A stretch of 64,000 nt of DNA from Planctomycetota bacterium (GTDB taxonomy: Bacteria; Planctomycetota; UBA1135; UBA2386). The stretch covers positions 736,001-800,000 of the forward strand of contig JBKAGP010000001.1 of assembly GCA_046290465.1 (NCBI GenBank), written 5' to 3'. Below the pieces are notes generated by a model. The model worked only from the letters and a program-made list of their open reading frames with translations, ran no database searches and had not been told where the DNA came from. Shown piece by piece: positions 42,104-51,655 of this stretch (position 1 is the first letter of the stretch; every line of letters begins with the position of its first letter). The position numbers and the translations under genes were made by a program.

Positions 42104-42759
42104 ACGACCCGATCTGGGCCGCTTCGTGGAGCGGTGGCAAGGACTCGTGCCTGGCGCTGCAGCTGGCGATCGAGTCGGGAGGCGAACCGTACGCGCTGCT
42201 GACGGTGCTCGACGAACACGGCGAGCGCTCGCGCTCGCACGGTCTCCGGCCCGAGGTCCTGCACGCCCAGGCCCGCGCCTGTGGGCTGCCGATGCGCGAG
42301 GCGTGGGCGTCGTGGCAGACCTACGAGGAGGCGTTCGTCGCGGCGCTGCGGGCGTTGCGCGACGAGGGCGTGACCGACTGCGTGTTCGGCGACATCGACC
42401 TCGAGGACCACCGCATCTGGGAGCAGCGCGTCTGCGAACGGGCCGGGCTGCGCGCGTCGCTGCCGCTGTGGCAGCGCGACCGCCGCGAGGTGCTCGACGA
42501 ACACTGGCGCCGCGGCTTCCGCTGCCACGTCGTCGCCGTCGATGCCCGCAAGCTCGACCGCGACGTGCTCGGCGCCGAGCTGACGCCGGAGCTTGCCAGC
42601 CGCTTCGAACGCGACGGCGTCGACGCCTGCGGCGAGAACGGCGAGTTCCACACCGTCGCCGTCGACGGCCCGCTGTTCCAGCGACCGCTCGAGCTCGCGT
42701 TCGGCGAGGTCGTCGAACGCAGCGGCTACCTGGCGATCGACGCGCGACCGCGCGGCTAG
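42100..42759 (+). CDS. Dph6/MJ0570-related ATP pyrophosphatase, paralog 2
   Basis: SWSGGKDS, SRSHG, FGDIDLEDHR.W...VC, PLW, DACGENGEFHT..DGPLF; GTGA coupling. Confidence 0.9.
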   Translation: MNDPIWAASWSGGKDSCLALQLAIESGGEPYALLTVLDEHGERSRSHGLRPEVLHAQARACGLPMREAWASWQTYEEAFVAALRALRDEGVTDCVFGDIDLEDHRIWEQRVCERAGLRASLPLWQRDRREVLDEHWRRGFRCHVVAVDARKLDRDVLGAELTPELASRFERDGVDACGENGEFHTVAVDGPLFQRPLELAFGEVVERSGYLAIDARPRG

Positions 42760-42760
42760 C

Positions 42761-44023
42761 TCAGCGCTGCGGCGACAGCAGGCGCGCCACCGTCTGCTCG
42801 CGCAGCAGCTGGGCCTTCGCCTGTTCGCCGAGCAGGTCGAGCACCTCGGCCAGCACCGCGCACACGGTCGGCGTCGGGCCGAGCGCGTCGGCAGCCACGC
42901 GGGCGGCGCGCTCGGCGCGGGCGTGTTCGCCGGCGCGCGCCAGCTCGCGCGCGACCAGCAGCAGCGCGCCCTGCATCGGGCAGCTCGCCAGCAGTTCGCG
43001 CGGCTCGACCGCGCCCGGGTGTTCGCCGAGCAGCTCGGCGATGCGGTCCAGTCCGATCGGCGAACGGGTCGCTCCGTAGACCTGCACCGCCTTGCGGTGC
43101 TCGCCGAGCGCTCGGTGCACGTCGCCGAGCAGCAGGCTGCCGGACGGCCCGTCGGGGTCGGCCTTTTGCAGCCGCTTGCCGAGCCTGCGGGCGCGGTCGT
43201 GGTCGCCGGCAGCGAGCGCGCGTTCGCCGGCGGCGACCAGCATGTCGACGAACCGCTGGCGCTCGCCGGTCGCGCTGGCCGGCGGCGCGTGCTTGACGAC
43301 CTTGTCCTGCCATTCGACCGCTTCGTCGAGCGCGCCTTCGGCCTCACACAGCTCGCGCAGCACGCGCAGCATCGCGACGTCGCCCCCGAACCGCTGCACC
43401 GCGGCCTCCGCTTCGCGGCGCAGCGTGGCGGGCAGCACCTGGCCCTGGCGGCGTAGCGCCTCGAGGCGCAGCTGCAGCAGCGTGCGCTGCAGTTCCTTGG
43501 GCAGGCCCGGCTCGACGACGCGCGTCAGCCAGCCCATCGCCTCGTCGACGTGTCCGTCGGCCAGGGCCAGCCGCGCCAGCTTGAGGTTGGCGTCCTGGAC
43601 CACGTGCGGGTAGCGCTCCGGCAGCGGTCCGCGGTAGCGAGCGACCTTGCGGAAGCGTTCGCGGCTGGCGCGTCGATCGAGGCCGACCAGCGCGGCGGTC
43701 GCGTGCAGGTGCCGGCCGAGCGTCGCCTCGGCGCGCATGTCGCGCACGCGCTGCTTGAGCAGCCAGAACAGCACCATGCCGAGCACCGCGAACGTGACCA
43801 GCAGCAGCAGGATCCGCCCGACGGTGGTCTCGAGCATCGGCTCGAGCACCCGCACGAACAGGTCGACCAGCTTGAGCACGACGTCGAGCGCCGGCCCGAA
43901 CAGCGCCAACAGCAGCACGAACGGCAGCGCGTAGACCAGCACGCGCAGCCACGGGTTCTTCGGCAGCAGCGCCTTGATCGGCGCCAGCAGGCCCTTGCGC
44001 ATCACGTCGCCGACCCTACCCAT
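42761..44023 (-). CDS. Membrane-anchored TPR-like protein
   Basis: Two N-terminal TM segments followed by TPR-like helices (LLLGDVHRALGEHRKAVQVY). Confidence 0.65.
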   Translation of the reverse strand: MGRVGDVMRKGLLAPIKALLPKNPWLRVLVYALPFVLLLALFGPALDVVLKLVDLFVRVLEPMLETTVGRILLLLVTFAVLGMVLFWLLKQRVRDMRAEATLGRHLHATAALVGLDRRASRERFRKVARYRGPLPERYPHVVQDANLKLARLALADGHVDEAMGWLTRVVEPGLPKELQRTLLQLRLEALRRQGQVLPATLRREAEAAVQRFGGDVAMLRVLRELCEAEGALDEAVEWQDKVVKHAPPASATGERQRFVDMLVAAGERALAAGDHDRARRLGKRLQKADPDGPSGSLLLGDVHRALGEHRKAVQVYGATRSPIGLDRIAELLGEHPGAVEPRELLASCPMQGALLLVARELARAGEHARAERAARVAADALGPTPTVCAVLAEVLDLLGEQAKAQLLREQTVARLLSPQR

Positions 44024-46208
44024 CGACGCCTCCCGCACCGTGCAGCGCGCGCTCGAGGTGCAGCCGCAGGTTGTCGTCCTTCTCGCGTTTGAGCAGCGTC
44101 TTCAACGCGCGCGTCGCCGGCCGCGTCGCCAGTTCGCCGAGCGCGCGCGCGATCTGCACGCGGCGGTTGTTGTGGCGGCGCAGCAGGCCGGCGCTGACCT
44201 TCTCGAGCCAGCCCGAACGTTCGTAGGCGCCGAGCATCGCGTCGACCGCGTCGTCGCCGATGATCACCAGCAGTTCGCGCAGCCGGTCGTCGAACATGGT
44301 CGGCTCGGGGCCGAAGCCGTCGGTGATGTGGCCGGCCGCCGCGCCGCCGCCGCGCACCAGCACGCGCGCCAGCCGTTTGCAGGCGTCCTCGGAGGCCTCG
44401 GGGCTGGCGTAGGCCGCGAGCACGTGCTCGAGCACCCGTTCGCCGAGTTCTTCGAGCACGCGCATCGAGGTCGCTGCCAGGCGGTCGTCGGCGACCCCGG
44501 CGATCAGGCTGGTGGTCAGCTGGCGGCTGGCGCCGCGACGCAGCATCACCGCGATCAGCACCTCGGGATCCTCGGCGTCGGGCACCGCTGCCAGCAGCGC
44601 CTCGTCGCGGTAGAAGGTCGGCTCCAGCAGCAGCGACTCGACCAGGAAGTGGCCGCGCGGGATCGACGCCAGGAACGCCTGCAGCACGTCGCGCGCGGCG
44701 TTGTTGAGCCGGTGCAGGATCTCCATCGGCGGGAACCGTTCGAGCACCGACTGGAACGCCTCGACGTCGCCGAGGCCGAGGAAGTAGTCGATCAGGATCC
44801 GCCGGTGGTCCGGGCGCGTCGACGTGAACAGTTGCTGCACGTGCGGCAACGCCTCGCGGTCGAACCGCTGCACCACCTTGCCGACGATCGCCGCCGGCCC
44901 CTCGCCGACGCCCCAGATGCGCGCCTGGCCGAGCGCGTCGCTGGCGGCGAACAGCGCCGGCGCGATCTGCGGCCCCATCGCGTGCAGCGCGTCGATGGCC
45001 TGTTCCTGCACCCGGCCGCTGTTCTTCCACGCCGTGCGCAGCAGTTCGTGCACGGCCGCCTCGCCGACGGCGACCAGTTCGCCGGCGACGCTCTGGTCGC
45101 CGTCGACGAACCGCCGCACCAGCCGGCGCACGTGGGCTTCGTTGACGTCGATGCGGTCCATCGCCTCGGTCGCCGATTCGATCCCCGCGACCAGCGCGGG
45201 TTCGACCAGGTCGCCGGGCGCCGCGATGCCGCAGCGCGGGCACTGCACGACCTCGCGCAGAAGCGGCGCCTCGCAGGCGCGGCAGCGCCAGCGCGCCGGC
45301 TCGAGCAGGCCCTCGAACGTCGCCATCGGCAGCCGTTCGACGGTCTCGGCGGGCAGCTGCGCACTCGTCACCGCGAGCGCGCGTTCGGCCGTCGGTGCGG
45401 CGAGCCGCCGGGCGAGCTCGGCGGCGCCGTGTTCGTCGGCGTCGAGGCGTGCGCGCAGCAGCGGCAGCCGCTGCTGGCCCTCGTCGAGCGCCTGCGCCTC
45501 GCGCAGCGCGGCCCGCGCGGCCTTGGCGTCGCCGTCGCGCCACGCGCGCGTGCCGAGCTCGGCGAACGTGCGGGCGAGGTCCAGCTGGGCGCGCTGGCGT
45601 TCGCCGCTGTCGCGCAGCAGCAGGATGCGCTTGCGGCCGGCGCGGGCGGCGGCCCGGTGGTCGCCCTGCTGCAACCGCGCCCGATACAGGAAGTCCCAGC
45701 CCGGCCCGTGCTGCGGCATGCGCGCCATCGCCTGCTCGGCGACGTCGGCGGCCTCGCACGGCATGCCGGCCGCCAGCAGGCTCTGGGCCAGCAGCAGGTC
45801 GTTCTCGCCGCTGTCGACCGCGAACGCCTTCTGCAGGTAGAGGTGCTGCTGGTGCGCCTGCTCGGCCTGGCCGAGGTCGCCGAGCACCTTGCCGAGCATC
45901 AACCGCGCGAAGTGGTTCTCCGGGTCCTTCTCGAGCACGCGCCGCAGCCGCTTCTCGGCGCCGGCGAGGTCGCCCTGCAGCGCCTGCTCGACGCCGAGCA
46001 GGTAGTCGGCGAGCGCCTCGCGGGCGCGCGCATTGCGCACCAGCGCCGCCAGCCGCCACCAGACGAACACCACCGCGGCCACCAGCGCGACCGCCAGCAC
46101 CACCTCGAGCACGCCCGGCTCGCTGACGAACGCGACCAGCCGCTGCCAGAGCGTCGGCGCTTCGGCGACGGTCGCGGGTTCGTCCTGCAGGTCGGCGGCG
46201 GCAATCAT
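44016..46208 (-). CDS. LapB(YciM)-like TM-TPR-rubredoxin protein with long HEAT-like C-terminal extension
   Basis: TM; YLLGV; LGKVLGDLGQAEQAHQQH; WRCRAC...QCPRC; HEAT-like tail. Confidence 0.65.
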   Translation of the reverse strand: MIAAADLQDEPATVAEAPTLWQRLVAFVSEPGVLEVVLAVALVAAVVFVWWRLAALVRNARAREALADYLLGVEQALQGDLAGAEKRLRRVLEKDPENHFARLMLGKVLGDLGQAEQAHQQHLYLQKAFAVDSGENDLLLAQSLLAAGMPCEAADVAEQAMARMPQHGPGWDFLYRARLQQGDHRAAARAGRKRILLLRDSGERQRAQLDLARTFAELGTRAWRDGDAKAARAALREAQALDEGQQRLPLLRARLDADEHGAAELARRLAAPTAERALAVTSAQLPAETVERLPMATFEGLLEPARWRCRACEAPLLREVVQCPRCGIAAPGDLVEPALVAGIESATEAMDRIDVNEAHVRRLVRRFVDGDQSVAGELVAVGEAAVHELLRTAWKNSGRVQEQAIDALHAMGPQIAPALFAASDALGQARIWGVGEGPAAIVGKVVQRFDREALPHVQQLFTSTRPDHRRILIDYFLGLGDVEAFQSVLERFPPMEILHRLNNAARDVLQAFLASIPRGHFLVESLLLEPTFYRDEALLAAVPDAEDPEVLIAVMLRRGASRQLTTSLIAGVADDRLAATSMRVLEELGERVLEHVLAAYASPEASEDACKRLARVLVRGGGAAAGHITDGFGPEPTMFDDRLRELLVIIGDDAVDAMLGAYERSGWLEKVSAGLLRRHNNRRVQIARALGELATRPATRALKTLLKREKDDNLRLHLERALHGAGGVDG

Positions 46209-46221
46209 GGACGGCTCGGGT

Positions 46222-47337
46222 TCAGGCCTCCACGGCGGCGCTGGCGTCGCCGTCGAGGTCGCGCGGCGCGTCGGCGTCGGGCGCCTGGTGCCGCGCCAGT
46301 CCCAGCTCCAGCAGCCGGTCGAGCAACCGCGGGAAGTCGAGGCCGGCTGCCGCTGCCGCGCGCGGCAGCAGGCTGTTGCTGGTCAGGCCGGGAATCGTGT
46401 TGGTCTCGAGCACCACGGGGCCGGTATCGGTGACGATCATGTCCGTACGCGACATGCCGTCGCAGACCAGCAGCCGGTGGCAGCGGAGCGCGAGCTGCTG
46501 CACCTGCTCGATCTGCGACGGACTCAGGCCGCGCGGCGGGACGATCTCTTCGGTCGCGCCGGGCCGGTACTTCGCATCGTGCGTGAACCAATCGTCGTCG
46601 ACCGGGTAGATGCCCACCGGCGGCAGCGCCTCGTGCCGGTCGCCACAGTTGCCCAGTACCGGAACGGTGATCTCCTCCCCGCGCACGGCCCGTTCGGCGA
46701 ACCAGCGGCGGAAGCGGCGGCCGTAGCCGTCGAAGAACTGCTGCAGGTCGGCCTCGCAGGTGATCCGGCTGACCCCGACGGTGCTCCCGGACACGTCGAC
46801 CTTGGCGAACGCCGGGGTGCCGACGGCGCGCTGCAGCCGGGCGAACTCGACGGCGGCGTCGAACGGCCCGCGCTCGGTCGCAACCAGATCGCCCGGCAGG
46901 TAGGCCTCCGCCACCGGCACGCCCGCCGCCAGGTAGACCTCGCGCGTGCGCAGCTTGTCCATCGCCACCGCCGACGCGGCGCAGCCGCTGCCGACGAACG
47001 GCACGCCATACAGCTCGAGCAGGCCCTGCACGGTGCCGTCCTCGCCGAACGGTCCGTGCAGCACCGGGAACACCAGGCCGACGCCACAGCGGTCGAGCAG
47101 CCAGTCCATCGCCGCGCCCGGGCGCATGCTGGCCTGCTTGCCGTCCGGGTCCCCGGCGCGCCAGGTCTGCCCCCGGGCCAGCGGCCGCGACGCCGGGCGC
47201 CAGCCGCCGCTGCGTTCGAGCAGCACCGGCCAGACGTTCCAGCGGTCGCGGTCCAGGTGCTGCAACACCTGGCTCGCCGACGCGAGGCTGATGTCGTGCT
47301 CGGGAGAACAACCGCCAACCAGTACCGCTACATCCAT
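46222..47337 (-). CDS. ddl: D-alanine--D-alanine ligase
   Basis: GGCSPEHDISL.SA, FPVLHGPFGEDGTVQG, MDK, GSTVGV, AKY, RTD, ETNTIPGLT. Confidence 0.94.
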   Translation of the reverse strand: MDVAVLVGGCSPEHDISLASASQVLQHLDRDRWNVWPVLLERSGGWRPASRPLARGQTWRAGDPDGKQASMRPGAAMDWLLDRCGVGLVFPVLHGPFGEDGTVQGLLELYGVPFVGSGCAASAVAMDKLRTREVYLAAGVPVAEAYLPGDLVATERGPFDAAVEFARLQRAVGTPAFAKVDVSGSTVGVSRITCEADLQQFFDGYGRRFRRWFAERAVRGEEITVPVLGNCGDRHEALPPVGIYPVDDDWFTHDAKYRPGATEEIVPPRGLSPSQIEQVQQLALRCHRLLVCDGMSRTDMIVTDTGPVVLETNTIPGLTSNSLLPRAAAAAGLDFPRLLDRLLELGLARHQAPDADAPRDLDGDASAAVEA

Positions 47338-47460
47338 AACCCTAGATCCAGGGACCACCCTCGCGGCGGGCGCGCCTGACCGGGTCGCGCGAGCCGACGC
47401 CGGCGAGCATAGGGCAGAGCGCCCCTTCGACGCGACCATACGACCGAGGATCGCGTCGCT

Positions 47461-48393
47461 TCAGCCGCGTTCGTGCCAAAGCGCACCGGTCGCCGCCGCA
47501 GCACCCCACAGGATCGCATCCGATCCGCCGAGGCTCTCGACGAAGCTGAGGTCCTCGTGGAACAGCGTGTCGGTGTCGCGCCGCACGCTGGTGATGATGC
47601 GGTTGCGCAGGCCCGGCCAGCCGGCCAGCACGCCGCCCCCGAGCACGATCGCGCCCGGGTTGAGCAGGATGGTCGCGTTGGTGACCAGCGTGCACGCGGC
47701 GTTGGCGGCCTCGTCGAGGATCGCCCGCGCCCGTTCGTCGCCGCGGTCGGTCGCGGCGACCACGTCGCCGACGGTCCACGGCCCGTTGCCAGACGAGCCC
47801 AGTTCGTTGGCGGCCCGTTCGGTGATCGCGCGGCCGCCGCAGTAGGCCTCGTAGTGGCCGGGGCGTCCGCACGGGCACATCCGGCCGCCGGGCTCGAAGA
47901 TGGTGTGGCCGATCTCGCCGGCCGCGTTGTTGGCGCCGCCGTACGGCGTCCCACCTTCGATCAGGCCGATGCCGATGCCGGTGCCGAAGAACAGGCACAG
48001 CAGCGGGTCGCGCCCGCTCGCATGCCCCTTCAAGAACTCGCCCCACGCGCTGGCGCGGCCGTCGTTGAGCAGGGTCACCGGCAGGTCGACCTGCTGCTGC
48101 AGCCAGCTGCGCAGCTTGAAGCCGCCGAGCGGCAGGTTCGGCGGGTCGCCGAGGCTCTCGCCGTCGGGGCCGACGACGCCGGCGGCGCCGAGACCGGCCG
48201 CGCTCGGCGCGTCGAGGCCCTTGGCCTTGCCGTCGACGAGCACCTGCTCGATCGCCTGCTGCATGCGCTGCAGGAACGGCTCGCGGTCACGGATCGTGTC
48301 GACGCGCTGGGCGCAGTGCACGCCGTAGTCTTCGCTGACCAGCGCAAAGCGACACTTGGTCCCGCCGAGATCTCCTGCCAGAACGGTGCGCAA
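47461..48393 (-). CDS. ROK family sugar kinase (glucokinase-like)
   Basis: DLGGTK, NDG, GTGIG, AGEIGH, CPCGRPGHYEAY, VLGGG. Confidence 0.9.
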   Translation of the reverse strand: MRTVLAGDLGGTKCRFALVSEDYGVHCAQRVDTIRDREPFLQRMQQAIEQVLVDGKAKGLDAPSAAGLGAAGVVGPDGESLGDPPNLPLGGFKLRSWLQQQVDLPVTLLNDGRASAWGEFLKGHASGRDPLLCLFFGTGIGIGLIEGGTPYGGANNAAGEIGHTIFEPGGRMCPCGRPGHYEAYCGGRAITERAANELGSSGNGPWTVGDVVAATDRGDERARAILDEAANAACTLVTNATILLNPGAIVLGGGVLAGWPGLRNRIITSVRRDTDTLFHEDLSFVESLGGSDAILWGAAAATGALWHERG

Positions 48394-48729
48394 TCAGTCC
48401 TCCGATAGGGCTTCCATCAGCTCGTCGAGCAGCCGGATCATGCTCTTGTTGGTGTGTTCGAGCACCGTGATGCGGCGCATCAGCTTCTCGACCACCGGCG
48501 GCAGGATCGTCTCCAGCGCCACCGACTTGATCATCTGGAACGTCTCGACGCGATGCGGGTTGACGTCCGTGCCTTCCTTGAAGTGGAAGTGGTAGGCGTT
48601 GTCGAGCGCCTCCGCCGTGCGCGCAAGGATTTCCTGCGCGACGTCCTGCTGCTCCTCCGCACCGTGGTGCGACATCTTGAAGGCTTCGACTTTGAAGCTG
48701 TGCAGGGCGTCCTTGAGTTTCTGCTTCAC
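48394..48729 (-). CDS. Small helical hypothetical protein
   Basis: 111 aa, good codon bias, AGGAG upstream of GTG, abuts the ROK kinase start. Confidence 0.7.
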   Translation of the reverse strand: MKQKLKDALHSFKVEAFKMSHHGAEEQQDVAQEILARTAEALDNAYHFHFKEGTDVNPHRVETFQMIKSVALETILPPVVEKLMRRITVLEHTNKSMIRLLDELMEALSED

Positions 48730-48880
48730 GGCAATCTCCTGGGTTCCGGGAACGGGGAATCGAACGCCTCAGGCGTATCTCCTCGCCGCGATTCCGGCAA
48801 TGGGCCCAGGTGATCAGACGCCGCGGGGCGGGGTGCCCGACCCCGCGATCGGGCGCCGCGCGGATCGGGACTTGCATGGC

Positions 48881-48900
48881 GCGCGCGGTTCGCCGCGCGC
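48881..48900 (-). terminator. GC hairpin just downstream of fabF
   Basis: gcgcgcgg-ttcg-ccgcgcgc perfect 8-bp stem; no U-tract. Confidence 0.4.
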
Positions 48901-48903
48901 CGA

Positions 48904-50148
48904 TCAGTCGACGTAGCGACCGATCGCCAGGCTGGTGTTGTGGCCGCCGAAGCCCAGCGAGTTGCTGATGCAGTTGTCGACCTTCAGCTCGCGCGCGGTG
49001 TTCGGCACGTAGTCCAGGTCGAGCTCCGGATCGGGCGTCTCGTGGTTGATCGTCGGGTGCACCTTGCCATCGCGGATCGACATCGCGCATGCCGCGAGTT
49101 CGATCGCTCCGGACGCACCGAGCAGGTGGCCGACCATCGACTTGGTCGACGACACGCTCAGCTTGCCGGCGTGCTCGCCGAACACGCGCTTGATCGCGGC
49201 GGTCTCGATCTTGTCGTTGAGGTAGGTGCTGGTGCCGTGCGCGTTGACGTACTGCACGTCCTCGGGGTTGAGGCCGCCGTCCTTCAGCGCCTGCGCCATC
49301 GCCCGGGTCGGGCCGTCGGCGTCCTCGTTGGGCGCCGTGATGTGGAAGGCGTCGTCGGTCGAGCCGTAGCCCTTGACCTCGGCGATGATGTTGGCGCCGC
49401 GGGCCTTGGCGTGCTCGAGCTCCTCGAGCACCAGCGCTGCCGCACCCTCACCCATCACGAAGCCGTCGCGGTCCTTGTCGAACGGGCGCGATGCCTTCTT
49501 CGGGTCGTCGTTGCGCGTCGACACGGCCTTGAGCGCGCAGAAGCCGGCGAGACCGAGCTCGGTCGTCGCCGCCTCGGAACCGCCGGTCAGCACCACGTCG
49601 GCTTCGCCGTACTGGATCGTGCGCAGCGCGATGCCGATCGCGTGGCTGGCGCTGGCGCAGGCCGACGAGGTCACGAAGCACGTGCCCATCGTGCCGAAGC
49701 GGATCGCCGCCTGGCCGGCCATCGCGTTGGCCATGATCTTCGGGATGAAGAACGGGCTGACGCGGTTGGCGCCGCGGTTGACCTGCAGGACCTTGCTCTT
49801 CTCGATCTCGTCGATGCCGCCGATGCCGGTGCCGGTGATGCAGCCGACCCGCGTGCGGTCCTCCTTGTCCATGTCGATGCCGCTGGTCTTCATCGCCTCG
49901 TCGGCGGCGACCAGGTAGTACATCGTGAACCGCTCGAGGCGCTTCGACTCGGTCTTCGGGAAGTGGTCCTCGTCCTTCCAGTCCCACACCTCGCAGGCGA
50001 ACTTCGCGGTGTGGTTCTCGGTATCGAACTTGGTGATTAGGCCCGCCCCCGACTGACCCTCGAGCAGGTTGCCCCAGATGGTCGGCAGGTTGAGACCGAG
50101 GGACGAGACCGCCCCTACGCCGGTGATCACGACGCGACGTCTACTCAT
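48904..50148 (-). CDS. fabF: Beta-ketoacyl-ACP synthase II
   Basis: [52 protein letters not shown]. Confidence 0.97.
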   Translation of the reverse strand: MSRRRVVITGVGAVSSLGLNLPTIWGNLLEGQSGAGLITKFDTENHTAKFACEVWDWKDEDHFPKTESKRLERFTMYYLVAADEAMKTSGIDMDKEDRTRVGCITGTGIGGIDEIEKSKVLQVNRGANRVSPFFIPKIMANAMAGQAAIRFGTMGTCFVTSSACASASHAIGIALRTIQYGEADVVLTGGSEAATTELGLAGFCALKAVSTRNDDPKKASRPFDKDRDGFVMGEGAAALVLEELEHAKARGANIIAEVKGYGSTDDAFHITAPNEDADGPTRAMAQALKDGGLNPEDVQYVNAHGTSTYLNDKIETAAIKRVFGEHAGKLSVSSTKSMVGHLLGASGAIELAACAMSIRDGKVHPTINHETPDPELDLDYVPNTARELKVDNCISNSLGFGGHNTSLAIGRYVD

Positions 50149-50334
50149 CAGTGTGTCCTCGCTGCAAAACCGGTAGACGCCCGCAGCGCGAGCGTCGATG
50201 CCGGAAGGAATCCGACGGTCGGAGACCGACGGAAGAACCGCCTGCGTCGGGTCGCGGCTGCGCCGCCCGCACCACAGGCCGTGTCATCATCGAGCCGGGC
50301 GATCCCGACAGGAAACGAGCCAGCTTCGGCTTGT

Positions 50335-50362
50335 CCAGCTGAGCGCACCCAGCTGAGCGAAC
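50335..50362 (+). repeat. 14-nt tandem duplication in the acpP-fabF spacer
   Basis: ccagctgagcgcac ccagctgagcgaac. Confidence 0.7.
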
Positions 50363-50397
50363 CCAGAGGGGGCGGCCCAGCCGAGCCAGCAACCTTG

Positions 50398-50643
50398 CTA
50401 GCTGAGCTTGCCGGTGATGTAGGTCACCGCGTCGCCGACGGTCTGGATCTTCTCGGCGTCCTCGTCCGGGATGTTGATCTCGAACTCGTCCTCGAACTCC
50501 ATGACCAGCTCGACGGTGTCGAGCGAGTCGGCGCCGAGGTCGTTGATGAACGACGTCTCGGCCGAGATCTTGTCGCGGGTCGTGCCCAGCTGCTCGCAGA
50601 CGATGTTGTGGACGCGCTCTTCGATGTTGTCGGTCTTCGACAC
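50398..50643 (-). CDS. acpP: Acyl carrier protein
   Basis: [38 protein letters not shown] start. Confidence 0.97.
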   Translation of the reverse strand: MSKTDNIEERVHNIVCEQLGTTRDKISAETSFINDLGADSLDTVELVMEFEDEFEINIPDEDAEKIQTVGDAVTYITGKLS

Positions 50644-50826
50644 TTTCTTTGCCTCTTGATGTTTTGGGTACACGACCGTGGCACAGGTCACGGTCAGGAA
50701 CTGGGAACGAGTGCGCCGTGGATACATCGTCCACGGTCGCGAGAGGCGGAAGAGAGAGCCGCCGAAGGAGTATCGAGGCCGCGATCTTAGCCCAAGACGG
50801 GCCCACGACCAAAGGGTTTGCGATCG

Positions 50827-51573
50827 CTACATGGTCATGCCGCCGTCCACCACCAGCGTCTGGCCGGTGATGTAGGCGCCGGCGTCCCCCGCGAGGAAGG
50901 CGACCGTGCGGGCGATGTCGGCCGGCGCACCGAAGCGCGCCAGCGGGATCTGTTGCAGCATCGCGGCCTTGTGGTCGTCCGGGATCGCCGCGGTCATGTC
51001 GGTCTCGATGAAGCCCGGCGCGACCACGTTGGCGGTGACGCCGCGGCCGGCCAGTTCGTGCGCGAGCGACTTGGTCAGGCCGACCAGGCCGGCCTTGCTG
51101 GCGGCGTAGTTGACCTGCCCGGCGTTGCCGGTCAGGCCGACGACCGAGCCGACGTTGACGATGCGGCCGCCGCGCGCCTTGGCCATCGGCCGGGCGAACG
51201 CGCGGCAGACCAGGAAGGCGCCGCGCAGGTTGGTGTTGACGACGTCGTCGAAGTCATCGTTCGACATCCGCATGAACACGCCGTCCTTGGTGATGCCGGC
51301 GTTGTTGACCAGGATGTCGAGCCGGCCCTTGTCGTCGAGCACGCCCTTCTGCAGCGCCTCGACCGAGTCCGCGTCGCTGACGTCGCAGACCAGCGCGTGC
51401 GCCGCCGCGTCGTTCTCGAGCGCGGCGATCTCCTCGAGCGTCGCGTCGCAGCCACCCGCGCGGGTCGACGTGCAGAAGACCTCGGCGCCCTGGCGAGCCA
51501 GTTCGACCGCGATGGCGCGGCCGATGCCGCGGGATGCGCCGGTGACCAGCGCCACCTTGTCCGTGAGAGTCAT
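50827..51573 (-). CDS. fabG: 3-oxoacyl-ACP reductase
   Basis: [34 protein letters not shown]. Confidence 0.96.
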   Translation of the reverse strand: MTLTDKVALVTGASRGIGRAIAVELARQGAEVFCTSTRAGGCDATLEEIAALENDAAAHALVCDVSDADSVEALQKGVLDDKGRLDILVNNAGITKDGVFMRMSNDDFDDVVNTNLRGAFLVCRAFARPMAKARGGRIVNVGSVVGLTGNAGQVNYAASKAGLVGLTKSLAHELAGRGVTANVVAPGFIETDMTAAIPDDHKAAMLQQIPLARFGAPADIARTVAFLAGDAGAYITGQTLVVDGGMTM

Positions 51574-51655
51574 GCTCGAGTCGTTGGTTGCAGGGTTGCA
51601 GGTGCCGGTCGGCTGCGGGGCTTGCTCCGGCCCGCGCTGCCGTGCCCGGCGGTGG

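Noticed and set aside
40791..42759. Bacterial diphthamide pathway
   Set aside because: No dph2/dph5 here, bacteria lack diphthamide, and the context is B12-regulated
46222..47337. Van-type D-Ala-D-Lac ligase
   Set aside because: Omega-loop KY retained (WFTHDAKY) and no vanH/X/R/S neighbours
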